A stretch of 64,000 bases of DNA from an uncultured Caldisericota bacterium. GTDB taxonomy: Bacteria; Caldisericota; Caldisericia; UBA6126. This document shows, piece after piece, positions 1 through 9,678 of this stretch. The notes under the pieces are model-generated. The model was given only the letters and a program-made list of their open reading frames with translations. It was not told the origin of the DNA and did not search any database. The DNA lies in assembly GCA_964493625.1 (NCBI GenBank), contig CAZBOU010000008.1:3561-67560 (forward strand). Reading direction: 5' to 3'. The position numbers and the translations under genes were made by a program. Position 1 is the first letter of the stretch. Each line of letters starts with the position of its first letter.

Positions 1-237
1 AAACATTTCTTGTGTGCAAGAAAAAGTATCTTTGTTTGGGTTTTGCGGGAAGCAGTATGAATTGTTTTCCTGACAGTGGAACAGGCCGATTTCGTGTATA
101 TAGGAGGAAGACAACTCGGGATTGTTCTGAAGAATATGAAGGGAAGTATAGGCTCCTTCATCTTGAAATCGAAAAGCATCTTGTGTTTCACCACATCCAA
201 AGCCATCAAGAAGAAAATAAAACAAACGTTTTTTCAT
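1..237 (-). CDS. phosphopentomutase-like metalloenzyme, N-terminal fragment (continues past window start)
   Basis: Absent from the ORF track because it has no in-window stop. The reverse-strand ATG at 237-235 opens MKKRLFYFLLDGFGCGETQDAFRFQDEGAYTSLHIL... and stays in frame to position 1. This resembles the DeoB N-terminal pattern (LDS-G-GE-PDA--F-D-GA-TL-HI). Confidence 0.5.
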   Translation of the reverse strand, partial: MKKRLFYFLLDGFGCGETQDAFRFQDEGAYTSLHILQNNPELSSSYIHEIGLFHCQENNSYCFPQNPNKDTFSCTQEMF

Positions 238-243
238 AAATTC

Positions 244-249
244 ATTATA
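244..249 (-). promoter_or_regulatory. candidate -10 box (TATAAT on minus strand) for the deoB-like gene
   Basis: The minus strand reads TATAAT-GAATTT-ATG. Only 6 nt separate the box from the start codon, and there is no Shine-Dalgarno. Confidence 0.3.
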
Positions 250-275
250 TGAAGATTTAACTCATCCACAATTCA

Positions 276-284
276 TGATATAAT
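276..284 (+). promoter_or_regulatory. candidate extended -10 (TGaTATAAT) for secA
   Basis: TG at 276-277 and TATAAT at 279-284 are followed by 8 nt (gtgttgtt) and then the secA ATG at 293. There is no Shine-Dalgarno in between. Confidence 0.35.
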
Positions 285-292
285 GTGTTGTT

Positions 293-2791
293 ATGATTAA
301 ATTTTTTGATACAACCGATCGATTTTTACGAAAACATAATCCTCTGGTGCGAAGAATAAGTCAACTTCAGCCTGAATTCGAAAATTTGTCCGATGAGAAT
401 CTAGTAGCAAAGACAAATGAATTCAAATCCCGGCATGAAAATGGAGAGTCTTTAAACTCTTTGCTACCAGAAGCTTTTGCTCTTGTGAAAGAAGCTGCTT
501 TTCGAACCCTACAAATGAGACACTTCGACGTTCAGTTGCTAGGGGGTATTGCATTGTTTCAAGGGAAAATTGCTGAAATGAAAACAGGAGAAGGAAAAAC
601 TCTTGTATCTACTTTGCCAGCATATCTAGAGGCATTATCTGGAAAAGGATGCCATATTGTTACTGTTAACTCCTATTTGGTTAAGAGAGACGCAGAATGG
701 ATGGGGCAAGTATATCGATTTCTAGGATTAAATGTTGGCTTTATCACCGCCGATCAAGACCCAAAAGAAAAACGAGAGGCTTATGATGCCGATATAACGT
801 ATGGAACCAATAGCGAGTTTGGCTTTGATTACCTTCGCGACAATATGGTGCGAGATATGAATCAACGATCGCAAGGAGATTTAAACTTTGCAATTGTAGA
901 CGAAGTTGACTCTGTTTTGGTGGATGAAGCAAGAACACCTCTCATCATATCAGGACCTTCAGAGCGGTCAACAGATCTTTATTATACAGCTGCAAATGCC
1001 ATTCGCAACTTACAAGTTGAAGAAGATTTTGAAATTGATGAAAAAACCAAATCAGTGACCATCACAGAAAAAGGCATCATACGATTGCAGGCTAGCTTGT
1101 CTATTGAAAACTTGTATGCAGATTCTCAAATAGAAATGCTTCGACACCTCAACCAAGCTCTGCGTGCAAAGTTTTGTTTTAAAAGTGAAGTAGACTACAT
1201 TGTCAAAGAAAATGAAGTGATCATTGTTGACGAGTTTACAGGGCGATTGCTCCCTGGAAGACGGTATAGTGATGGATTGCACCAAGCAATTGAAGCAAAA
1301 GAGGGTTTGAAGGTGAAAAGTGAGAATCAAACCTTGGCGACGATCACTTTCCAAAATTTCTTCCGCATGTACAAAAAGCTTTCTGGTATGACCGGAACAG
1401 CTAAAACAGAAGAGAATGAATTTCGAGAAATTTATGGATTGGATGTTATAGTCGTTCCCACTAACAAACCAATTGCTAGAAAAGACCATCCTGATGTTGT
1501 GTACAAGACAGAATCCATAAAGTATCGAAAAATTGTAGATGAAATAGCTGATTCCTACAAAACCGGACAACCGGTTCTTGTGGGAACTCGTTCGATTGAA
1601 AAATCAGAAAAAATTTCCTCCATGTTAAAACGTAAAGGTGTTCCCCATCAAGTTTTGAATGCAAAACATCATGAAAAAGAAGCCGAAATTATTAAATTAG
1701 CTGGAGAGCGAAACTCCATTACAATTGCAACGAATATGGCTGGCCGTGGAGTCGATATTGTATTGGGAAATGGAGTGAAAGACCTTGGAGGGCTGCATGT
1801 TATCGGAACAGAACGACATGAATCTCGGCGAATCGATAACCAGCTTAGGGGTCGTTCTGGACGACAAGGCGACCCTGGTTCAACACGATTCTTTCTTTCG
1901 TTGGAGGATGAACTACTGCGTATTTTTGGAGGCGATAGAATTACCTCCATTTTTAATACCTTGAAATTGGATGAAGATATGCCACTAGAAAGTGGTTTGC
2001 TAACCAAGGCCATTGAAAATGCACAGAAAAAAGTAGAAGCCTATAACTATGATATCCGTAAAAACCTTCTTCAATACGATGATGTCCTTAATAAGCAAAG
2101 AGAAATCATTTACAATGAGAGAAAACGTGTATTGGAATCAGAAGAAGTTGAAGACCATATTCAAAGCATGTTAGAACAGTTAGCAGTTGGCATTGCACAT
2201 CGGGCTATTCCGAAAGAAAACCGATTGGATACCAATGTAGAAGATTATATCAAAGGTCTATATGACCTAACGACATCCAAGCCTGACCTTCCTGATCTGG
2301 AAACGATTAAAGACCTACCTACGTTCACAACCAACCTGGTGAAGGAATTGTATGCTGCCAAAGAAGAAGAAGTAGGATCTGAAAACATGAGAAGTTTGGA
2401 ACGTCAGATTCTCTTGTACATCGTTGATGGCAAATGGAAGGATCATTTGTATAGCATGGATCAATTGAAAGAAGGAATTGGTCTTCGAGGGTATGGACAA
2501 GAGGATCCACTCGTTCGGTATCAAATTGAAGGCTTTAAAATCTTTGAGGATATGCTTAGTTCCATTAAAGAAGATGTAGTTAAGCTACTTTTCCGTATTC
2601 AAGTTCAAAAACGTCCAGTGATCATCAACAAAAATACACAAGACCAACAAAGACTTAAAGAAACCAGAGAGCTGAAGAAAGCAGATAAGAGCGTACAAAA
2701 ACCTGAAAGATCCCGGAAAATTGGTAGGAATGATCCGTGCCCGTGTGGAAGCGGTCTAAAATACAAAAAGTGTTGCGGACGGAGAAACTAA
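293..2791 (+). CDS. secA: preprotein translocase ATPase SecA
   Basis: 832-aa ORF with motor motifs MKTGEGKTL and [19 protein letters not shown]. The C-terminal zinc-binding tail [14 protein letters not shown] is typical of SecA. Confidence 0.97.
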   Translation: MIKFFDTTDRFLRKHNPLVRRISQLQPEFENLSDENLVAKTNEFKSRHENGESLNSLLPEAFALVKEAAFRTLQMRHFDVQLLGGIALFQGKIAEMKTGEGKTLVSTLPAYLEALSGKGCHIVTVNSYLVKRDAEWMGQVYRFLGLNVGFITADQDPKEKREAYDADITYGTNSEFGFDYLRDNMVRDMNQRSQGDLNFAIVDEVDSVLVDEARTPLIISGPSERSTDLYYTAANAIRNLQVEEDFEIDEKTKSVTITEKGIIRLQASLSIENLYADSQIEMLRHLNQALRAKFCFKSEVDYIVKENEVIIVDEFTGRLLPGRRYSDGLHQAIEAKEGLKVKSENQTLATITFQNFFRMYKKLSGMTGTAKTEENEFREIYGLDVIVVPTNKPIARKDHPDVVYKTESIKYRKIVDEIADSYKTGQPVLVGTRSIEKSEKISSMLKRKGVPHQVLNAKHHEKEAEIIKLAGERNSITIATNMAGRGVDIVLGNGVKDLGGLHVIGTERHESRRIDNQLRGRSGRQGDPGSTRFFLSLEDELLRIFGGDRITSIFNTLKLDEDMPLESGLLTKAIENAQKKVEAYNYDIRKNLLQYDDVLNKQREIIYNERKRVLESEEVEDHIQSMLEQLAVGIAHRAIPKENRLDTNVEDYIKGLYDLTTSKPDLPDLETIKDLPTFTTNLVKELYAAKEEEVGSENMRSLERQILLYIVDGKWKDHLYSMDQLKEGIGLRGYGQEDPLVRYQIEGFKIFEDMLSSIKEDVVKLLFRIQVQKRPVIINKNTQDQQRLKETRELKKADKSVQKPERSRKIGRNDPCPCGSGLKYKKCCGRRN

Positions 2792-2792
2792 T

Positions 2793-3900
2793 ATGATCGA
2801 TTTACAGGCTGAAAATGAGAAATATCATCTGTATTTAGAGCGTATAAAAAAAGCAAAGGAGTTCCTTTGACACAAATGGAACGTTTGCTAGATTAGCGGA
2901 ACTACAAAACCTAACGAGCCAACAAGAGTTTTGGGAGCAACCCTCTGACGACCAAACATTGATTTTAAAAGAATTGGAGCAGCTCAAGCGATTGAAAGCT
3001 TCGATTGCTGAACTGGAAGAGCTCCTTCTAGAAATTGAGACAGTGCTTGAATGTATTCAAATAGAACCCGAAGAAGAATCTTTCCAAAAATCACTAGAAG
3101 CAAATACGAGACGTCTGGATTCAAAATTAAAAGATGTAGAGATACGCTCTTTTCTGAATGGTAAATACGATGCACGCGATTGTTATGTATCCCTTTCTAG
3201 CGGCGCCGGCGGCGTAGATGCCATGGATTGGACACAGATATTGTTTAACATGTATGTTTCCTTTTTAAAGAAAAAAGGGTTTTCTTTTTCCATACTATCC
3301 ATGTCACATGGCTCAGAAGCAGGATTGAAAAGCGCTACTATTCAAGTAAAAGGGGATTATGCGTATGGGTTTTTGAAAAGTGAGAGAGGCGTGCATCGGT
3401 TGGTACGAATCTCCCCTTTTGACGCGAACCATAGACGACATACTTCCTTTAGTATGGTGGAAGTAATTCCAATATTTTCTGAGGCAACTGTAAACGTAGA
3501 TGAAAAAGATTTGCGCATTGATACATTTAATGCATCTGGGCATGGCGGACAAAACGTGCAAAAAAACGATACAGCTGTTCGCATTGTACACATCCCTACA
3601 GGAATTACAGCTACATGCCAATCAGAACGTTCACAAATGCAGAATAAGGCGTATGCACTTCAAGTCATATATTCAAAGTTAATGGCAAAAGTAGAAGAGA
3701 ATCGCTTAGAAGAGATCAATGACCTACGATTAAAAGGAGTTTCAGCAGAATGGGGTAGTCAAATCCGTTCGTATGTTATGCAGCCCTATACAATGGTAAA
3801 AGATGCACGCACGAATTATGAGACTGCAAATGTCGAGGGTATTCTTGCAGGTGACATAGAAGATATGATCTGGGAATACATCGGTACTGTATCGTCATAG
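2793..3900 (+). CDS. prfB: peptide chain release factor 2, expressed via programmed +1 frameshift
   Basis: ORF0 starts at ATG 2793 and runs MIDLQAENEKYHLYLERIKKAKEFL to the in-frame TGA at 2868-2870. Shifting +1 at CTT-TGA-C joins the frame of the 2959 ORF (DTNGTFARLAELQNLTSQQEFWEQPSDDQTLILKELEQ...). The downstream part carries SPF (RISPFD) and GGQ (SGHGGQNVQK). Confidence 0.93.
2856..2871 (+). promoter_or_regulatory. RF2 autoregulatory +1 frameshift site (internal SD-like AAGGAG + CTT TGA C)
   Basis: AAGGAG lies at 2856-2861, TTC at 2862-2864, the slippery CTT at 2865-2867, TGA at 2868-2870 and C at 2871. This is the same architecture as the canonical prfB recoding site. Confidence 0.85.
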
Positions 3901-3914
3901 TAGGAGGATAATAC

Positions 3915-6900
3915 ATGTTTACAAAAATTGATCTTGAAAAACCCTGGATGGATATTGAAGTAGACATCCTTGATGTGTGGGACACAAAAAGGATTTTTGA
4001 GCAGTCATTGGAAAATACCAAGGAGTATCCTCCTTTTGTGTTCTATGAAGGACCTCCCACGGCCAACGGTAAACCTGGTATCCACCATATTTTGGCTAGG
4101 GCCTATAAGGACTTAGTTTGTCGTTACAAAACCATGGATGGGTTTTATGTTGCTAGAAAAGCTGGATGGGACACTCATGGACTGCCGGTTGAATTAGAAG
4201 TTGAAAAGAAACTTCATATTGAAGGCAAAAACCAAATTGAAGAATATGGGTTGGCTCAATTCATTGAACAATGCAAACAGAGCATTTTTACCTACAAAGA
4301 AATGTGGGAGCAATATGCTACAAGGCGCATTGGGTATTGGGTTGATATGGATAATCCTTACATTACTTGTTCCAACGACTATATAGAATCGGTTTGGTGG
4401 GGGTTGAAGGAGATCTTTTCAAAGGGCATGATTTATAAGGGGTATAAGTCTGTTCCTCATTGCCCAAGGTGTCAAACGACATTAAGTTCCCATGAAGTGG
4501 CACAGGGGTATAAAGAGGTACAAGATCCATCCATTTTTATAAAGTTTCCACTGAAAACCGATCCAAATACAAGCTTACTAGTATGGACAACCACTCCCTG
4601 GACCTTAACAGCCAATGTAGCTGCAGCAGTTAAACCCGAAGCAATGTATGTGAAAGTACAAACAGAACAAGGTTTTTTTGTTGTAGCAAAGGATCGAGTT
4701 ACTGCTATATTTGAGGAAAACACGTTTGAAGTTCGAGAGGAATTCCTTGGGTCTACTCTAGTGGGCTTACATTATGAGGCTCCCTTTCATTTCTTTGATG
4801 AAACAATGGAAGGAAAAGGACACATTGTTATTGCGGCTAATTATGTAAGCATGGAGGATGGCACGGGTATTGTTCATATCGCCCCTGCTTTTGGAGTTGA
4901 AGATATGGAGGCAGGAAAAGAAAACGACCTTCCCCTTGTAATGTCTATCCACATTGACGGGACGATGAAAGAAGAAGTTACGCCATGGAAAGGGATGTGG
5001 ATTAAAGACGCTGATAAAGGAATTATCGCCGATTTAAAAAAACGCAATCTCTTATTCCGCCATTTACTTATCAAACACACCTACCCATTTTGCTGGAGAT
5101 GCAAATCACCTCTTATCTATATGGCCAAAACGAGTTGGTTTATGCAGGTGAGTTCCATACGAGCAGAATTGCAAAAAAATAACGAGACCATTCAGTGGTT
5201 TCCCGATCACATTAAAAAAGGGCGCTTTGGAGAATGGTTACGAGAGGCAAAAGATTGGGCAATCAGTCGAGAACGGTATTGGGGAACTCCTTTGAATATT
5301 TGGGAATGCGATCATTGTGGTCATATCCATTCCATAGGAAGCATTCAAGAATTGAAAGAACGAGCTACAAATGGTTTAGAAGAACCTATTGACTTACACC
5401 GGCCTTATGTAGATTCTATCAATATTCCATGTCCACATTGTTTGGCCGACATGAAACGAGTGCCCGACGTTCTGGATTGTTGGTTGGATTCTGGTTCTAT
5501 GCCTTTTGCTCAACACCATTATCCATTTGAACACAAGGAAGATTTTGATTCACGCTTTCCTGCTGATTTTATCTCAGAAGGTATTGATCAAACCAGAGGG
5601 TGGTTTTATACCTTGCTCACATTAAGTACTCTTTTGTTTCATAGGGCTCCCTATAAGAATGTTCTAACCTTTGAACTCATCTTGGATGAAAAGGGCGAGA
5701 AAATGTCAAAATCTCGCGGAAACGTAGTGGATGTCCAAGAGATTCTTAAAACATTCGGGGCTGATGCTATCCGCTGGTCTATGTTTACCTCAAGTACTCC
5801 CTATGTTCCCCGAAGATTTATGGAAGATCAATTGAAAGATGCGTTAAAGAATTTTATTATTCCACTGCTAAACGTCCTGTCTTTTTTTGTTACGTATGCT
5901 AACATTGACCAATTTGAGCCTACAAAAGAAGATGGCTTCAAAAAGGATGTTCAAGCAGATATGGATCGATGGATTTTATCCAAATGTGCTTCCTTGGCAA
6001 AAAATGTGAAGGAAAAACTAGACGTATATGATGTTACAGAGGCTGGAAGACTCATCTCAATTTTTGTGGATGAAATAACCAATTGGTATATACGCCGGTC
6101 CAGAAGGCGTTTTTGGAAAAGTGATAGCGATATCGATAAGCAATCAGCGTATCAAACTCTTTTCTTTGTTCTTCTCCAATTTGCAAAAATAATCTCTCCC
6201 TTCACACCATTTTTAGCAGACTATATATATCAAATTTTGAAATCGGGAGCCCCTTCTCTGATCAAGGATAGTATTCATCTCTATCGATATCCAACGCAAT
6301 ACCAAGAACTGGTCAACAAAGAATTAGAGACCAACATGGATGTTACACGAGGCTTAGTGAACGCTGGATTGCGAGCTCGAAAAGCTTCCAAAGTAAAAGT
6401 ACGAACTCCCTTTTCTGTCTGTTACATTTTTGTACCCGAAGAGATGCGTGTTGACGAAGATGCAATATCTCTTATTCAAGAAGAACTCAATGTTAAAAAT
6501 GTGGTAAGAGTGGATTCTTTTGAAGAGTATGCTGCCTATTCAGTAAAACCAAATCTCCCCATTCTAGGGAAAAAGCATGGCCCCAAAATTCCTCTTATAC
6601 GGAAAAGTCTAGATCAAATTGCAGTGAACGACCTACGTAAAATTGTATCAGAAGGTATCACTGTTACCCTTGAATTGCCTGATAAAACGACCATCAAGCT
6701 CTCTTCCGAGGACATTTTACTAAAAGTAATTGGCAAACTGCATTTTTTGGCCGAAGAGACACCTCACGGTGCAGTCATTGTATTGGATCCAACCCTCGAT
6801 TCTTCTCTTATCGAAGAGGGATATGCGCGCGAACTGGTTCATCATATTCAAATTCAGAGAAAACAACTTGATTTGGATGTTGAAGCGAGAATTTTCCTTG

Positions 6901-7073
6901 CTCTTTATACGCAAAACATAGAAGCTGCCAAATGGATGGAACGCTACCGAGAGTATATTTGCGGTGAGACTCTTTCTGATTCGCTGGAAATTATATCGGA
7001 CTTGGCGACCAAAGCGCCCTATACTTTTGAATTGACAAAAGATGCGGGAGAGATTGGGATTCAGATTCAATAG
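3915..7073 (+). CDS. ileS: isoleucyl-tRNA synthetase (long, type-2-like)
   Basis: 1052 aa with the class I signatures PPTANGKPGIHHILARA (HIGH) and KMSKSRGN (KMSKS), plus the editing-domain insertion. TAGGAGG RBS lies upstream, only 14 nt after prfB. Confidence 0.97.
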   Translation: MFTKIDLEKPWMDIEVDILDVWDTKRIFEQSLENTKEYPPFVFYEGPPTANGKPGIHHILARAYKDLVCRYKTMDGFYVARKAGWDTHGLPVELEVEKKLHIEGKNQIEEYGLAQFIEQCKQSIFTYKEMWEQYATRRIGYWVDMDNPYITCSNDYIESVWWGLKEIFSKGMIYKGYKSVPHCPRCQTTLSSHEVAQGYKEVQDPSIFIKFPLKTDPNTSLLVWTTTPWTLTANVAAAVKPEAMYVKVQTEQGFFVVAKDRVTAIFEENTFEVREEFLGSTLVGLHYEAPFHFFDETMEGKGHIVIAANYVSMEDGTGIVHIAPAFGVEDMEAGKENDLPLVMSIHIDGTMKEEVTPWKGMWIKDADKGIIADLKKRNLLFRHLLIKHTYPFCWRCKSPLIYMAKTSWFMQVSSIRAELQKNNETIQWFPDHIKKGRFGEWLREAKDWAISRERYWGTPLNIWECDHCGHIHSIGSIQELKERATNGLEEPIDLHRPYVDSINIPCPHCLADMKRVPDVLDCWLDSGSMPFAQHHYPFEHKEDFDSRFPADFISEGIDQTRGWFYTLLTLSTLLFHRAPYKNVLTFELILDEKGEKMSKSRGNVVDVQEILKTFGADAIRWSMFTSSTPYVPRRFMEDQLKDALKNFIIPLLNVLSFFVTYANIDQFEPTKEDGFKKDVQADMDRWILSKCASLAKNVKEKLDVYDVTEAGRLISIFVDEITNWYIRRSRRRFWKSDSDIDKQSAYQTLFFVLLQFAKIISPFTPFLADYIYQILKSGAPSLIKDSIHLYRYPTQYQELVNKELETNMDVTRGLVNAGLRARKASKVKVRTPFSVCYIFVPEEMRVDEDAISLIQEELNVKNVVRVDSFEEYAAYSVKPNLPILGKKHGPKIPLIRKSLDQIAVNDLRKIVSEGITVTLELPDKTTIKLSSEDILLKVIGKLHFLAEETPHGAVIVLDPTLDSSLIEEGYARELVHHIQIQRKQLDLDVEARIFLALYTQNIEAAKWMERYREYICGETLSDSLEIISDLATKAPYTFELTKDAGEIGIQIQ

Positions 7074-8253
7074 GAAACAATTCAATGGTTATTTTGTCGG
7101 GAATTGGTTGTGCTATGATTCCTTGGGGAATATTTCGTAGCTGAACAGAAACAGAATGGGTTCCCATTTCCAATCCTTGTACATCAATAAAAGCTTCAAT
7201 TGTTTCAAGTTGCGGAATCTTGGAGGCAAGCCCATATAGCTTACATTGAATACGGGGGAACTCTATCGAGTAGCCCAAATCAAAAGGCAGATTAAGAATA
7301 CTAACTTGAACGTCTTCAAAAACAGTACTAGCAATAGGTTGTATGGTGATAGTTACAAGGACAGACTGCGTGTCCTGGATGACATGAACTCCTTGTGGCA
7401 AAAGGATGTCTACTTCCTGAGATAGGGTTTGGTTTAGGCCATCAATGTTGACAGGATTGGTTTGTAGGGATTGCAGAGATTCCAAAATACTAATATTCCC
7501 GGACACTGTTACGATGGCAGGATCTACAAGTATTGCTGTAACTGTACCAAGGGGATTGCCGTTAATAGTAGGGATGACAGGGAGGACCTTCGAAATGTCA
7601 GTGTTCAAAACAGGTACTGAAACCTGTACTGATTCTGGCTCTATCGTTAACCCAGGAATCGGTTGGTTCAAGCTATCACGAGCTTCAACTTTTGCGTGAC
7701 TAAGAATATCTGAACTTGCATTGGAAAGATCTATTTCAACAAAAACGTTATGAATGGAATGAATCGAAGATTCTATGCCAGAAATATGCACCATTTCTGG
7801 ACTTACCGTAGGTTCACCTGCTATATTTCCCGACTGCAAATTCCCAGTTAAGATAACTTTCACAGGAAAATCATTGGTAATGATTTCTTCGACGGTTACT
7901 TCGATAAACGGAGGGTCAATGACAAGGACTGTTACTTCTTCAGGCGCATCAACAATTGGTTTCATCTTGTATGAACCGGACTGAATATCAGAAAAATCAA
8001 GGTATACAGATATATTGTTACGGTGTGTATCTATAGTATTGGAGGGCGCTTCTATTGTAATCTCCACTTCTTCTTGTTCCAGTGATATCTGATACTTTGT
8101 GGGAGCATTCTGAATCTGTATTTGAAACACAGAAGAATTGGTAACTTTTGCACCAAATACAAACGAAACATAAATCCAAACCAATGTAGCAAGTATGAGC
8201 GAGAAAACTTTCAGAAACAAGTTGTGTGTGATAAAACGTCGAAGGGAGATCAT
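6991..8253 (-). CDS. cdaR: YbbR-repeat protein, CdaA regulator-like
   Basis: An N-terminal TM anchor (FLKVFSLILATLVWIYVSF) is followed by repeated YbbR-like beta modules (e.g. TVSPEMVHISGIESSIHSIHNVFVEIDLS). The start overlaps the cdaA stop (ATGA at 8250-8253), the conserved cdaA-cdaR arrangement. Confidence 0.75.
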   Translation of the reverse strand: MISLRRFITHNLFLKVFSLILATLVWIYVSFVFGAKVTNSSVFQIQIQNAPTKYQISLEQEEVEITIEAPSNTIDTHRNNISVYLDFSDIQSGSYKMKPIVDAPEEVTVLVIDPPFIEVTVEEIITNDFPVKVILTGNLQSGNIAGEPTVSPEMVHISGIESSIHSIHNVFVEIDLSNASSDILSHAKVEARDSLNQPIPGLTIEPESVQVSVPVLNTDISKVLPVIPTINGNPLGTVTAILVDPAIVTVSGNISILESLQSLQTNPVNIDGLNQTLSQEVDILLPQGVHVIQDTQSVLVTITIQPIASTVFEDVQVSILNLPFDLGYSIEFPRIQCKLYGLASKIPQLETIEAFIDVQGLEMGTHSVSVQLRNIPQGIIAQPIPDKITIELFPIESESQSLPHLLSIQKYRALWSPSPI

Positions 8254-9038
8254 GATTTTACCTTTAACATAACAGACAGCATTCCTTTCAACTCTGTCGG
8301 TGTTAGATTGCTCGTGATACGACCCGAGATGGAAAGAGAGATAAAGCCTGTTTCTTCTGAAATGATAATGCTAATGGCATCCGTGTCCTCAGTAATGCCA
8401 ATACCAGCGCGATGACGCGTCCCAAAATTTCGAGTTAAGTGCAAATTGTCAGTTAAAGGGAGAATGACTCTTGCAGCTTTTATGGTTTGTTTTGTAATAA
8501 TCACTGCTCCATCATGTAGTAGCGATGGAGGAGTAAAAATGGTTATTAAGAGTTCCTCTTGAATGTTACTTTCTAAGATAACACCACTTTCCTCAAAAGA
8601 GTCCAAAGGGGAATCTCTTTGAATAACAATTAGTGCCCCAGTTTGGCATGTAGATAAATGTTTTACCGCATTGCAAAGGATGTCAATAGAGTCTGCTGTC
8701 AGAGTAGGAGTGTCTAAAAAAGAGGTTAATCGTCGAAAAATTGACTCTCTTCTTCCTAGTTTGCCTATTAGCCTTCGCAATTCGGGTTGGAAAAGAATAA
8801 CAATTAATACCGGAAGAGAAAACGTCAGAATGTTGATAGCTCCGCTAAGTAGCCAGTCCATTGCCAGCAATCCAAAAAATTTAGAAAGCCAAGCTAAAGC
8901 ATTGAGGAAAAGAATCAATAGGGCCAATCCTATAGCAAGTTGCAAGGCCCTTGTAGAATGTAGTAAAACAAGAAAGTAGTACACAATAATACCCACAAAG
9001 AGGATATCCAAAATAGTCATTACTAAAGTGTTTGCCAT
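8250..9038 (-). CDS. cdaA: diadenylate cyclase CdaA
   Basis: Three N-terminal TM helices are followed by DAC-domain motifs LHDGAVII and TRHRAGIGITEDTDAISIIISEETGFISL. I moved the start from the track's 9188 to ATG 9038 (MANTLVMTILDIL...), which aligns with the usual CdaA N-terminus and removes the overlap with hpf. Confidence 0.9.
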   Translation of the reverse strand: MANTLVMTILDILFVGIIVYYFLVLLHSTRALQLAIGLALLILFLNALAWLSKFFGLLAMDWLLSGAINILTFSLPVLIVILFQPELRRLIGKLGRRESIFRRLTSFLDTPTLTADSIDILCNAVKHLSTCQTGALIVIQRDSPLDSFEESGVILESNIQEELLITIFTPPSLLHDGAVIITKQTIKAARVILPLTDNLHLTRNFGTRHRAGIGITEDTDAISIIISEETGFISLSISGRITSNLTPTELKGMLSVMLKVKS

Positions 9039-9080
9039 ATATACATGTATAAAAAATTTTTCGTAAAAGAAAAGGGACTT

Positions 9081-9107
9081 TTGCAATAAAGATGAAAACG
9101 ATATAAT
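9081..9107 (+). promoter_or_regulatory. candidate sigma-70-type promoter for hpf
   Basis: TTGCAA lies at 9081-9086 and TATAAT at 9102-9107. The spacer is only 15 nt, so confidence is low. Confidence 0.3.
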
Positions 9108-9138
9108 GATTAGAAAGCTGAAAACCTGGGAGGCTATT

Positions 9139-9675
9139 ATGAAAATCACCGTAAAAAGTTCCTCTTCCAATAGTTTTGACGAATCCACCCTTAGCTACGC
9201 TGAAGAAAAGTTAGAAAAATTAGAAAAAATTTTTCAACCAATTCGAGAGGCAGACCTGGTGTTTAATGAATCCAAAGGGGTTCATATGGCCGAAGTAACA
9301 ATGTACGTCAATGGAAAAATTATTCGAGCGGAAACCAAAGATACCAATGTACGTAGTGCCATTGACAAGCTGAAGGACAAATTAGAACGTCAGATTAGGC
9401 GGTACAAAGAAAAAACGATCGATAAAAAAAGACATGTAAAGAAAGAATATCCCCAGGAAGTTGTACCTATTATAGATGACGAAGAAATGCCACAAATCAT
9501 TCGAGAGAAAAAATTCTCTATTGTTCCTCTTTCTGACGAAGATGCAGTAGAACAACTCGAGCTTTTGGGGCACGATTTCTTTCTCTATTATAGGATTAGC
9601 AAAGATTACAAAGGATTGGCAGTATTATACCGACGCAAACACAATGGGTATGGAATATTGATGCCCGAGGAATAA
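9139..9675 (+). CDS. hpf: ribosome hibernation promoting factor, long form
   Basis: MKITVKSSS... gives the N-terminal S30AE/YfiA fold. The C-terminal dimerisation domain reads KKFSIVPLSDEDAVEQLELLGHDFFLYY...VLYRRKHNGYGIL. GGGAGG RBS lies upstream of ATG 9139. The 9106 start in the track is an upstream extension. Confidence 0.9.
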   Translation: MKITVKSSSSNSFDESTLSYAEEKLEKLEKIFQPIREADLVFNESKGVHMAEVTMYVNGKIIRAETKDTNVRSAIDKLKDKLERQIRRYKEKTIDKKRHVKKEYPQEVVPIIDDEEMPQIIREKKFSIVPLSDEDAVEQLELLGHDFFLYYRISKDYKGLAVLYRRKHNGYGILMPEE

Positions 9676-9678
9676 ATC

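Noticed and set aside
12-239. 75-aa plus-strand ORF at the window start
   Set aside because: It lies exactly antisense to a much better reverse-strand reading frame with a DeoB-like N-terminus. It has no RBS and an odd composition, so I treat it as a shadow ORF.
1052-1570. 172-aa minus-strand ORF inside secA, and the many similar 60-170-aa antisense ORFs in the track (e.g. 22129-22964, 24287-24784, 31994-32413, 60071-60487, 63261-63638)
   Set aside because: All are fully nested antisense or out of frame within long, motif-supported genes. They have low-complexity or Cys/Phe/Ser-rich translations and no RBS, which is typical of shadow ORFs in AT-rich DNA.
9039-9188. Longer starts for cdaA (9188) and hpf (9106), which would make the two divergent genes overlap
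   Set aside because: The shorter starts align with the usual N-termini of CdaA and HPF. hpf then has a GGGAGG RBS, and a 100-bp divergent promoter region is restored.
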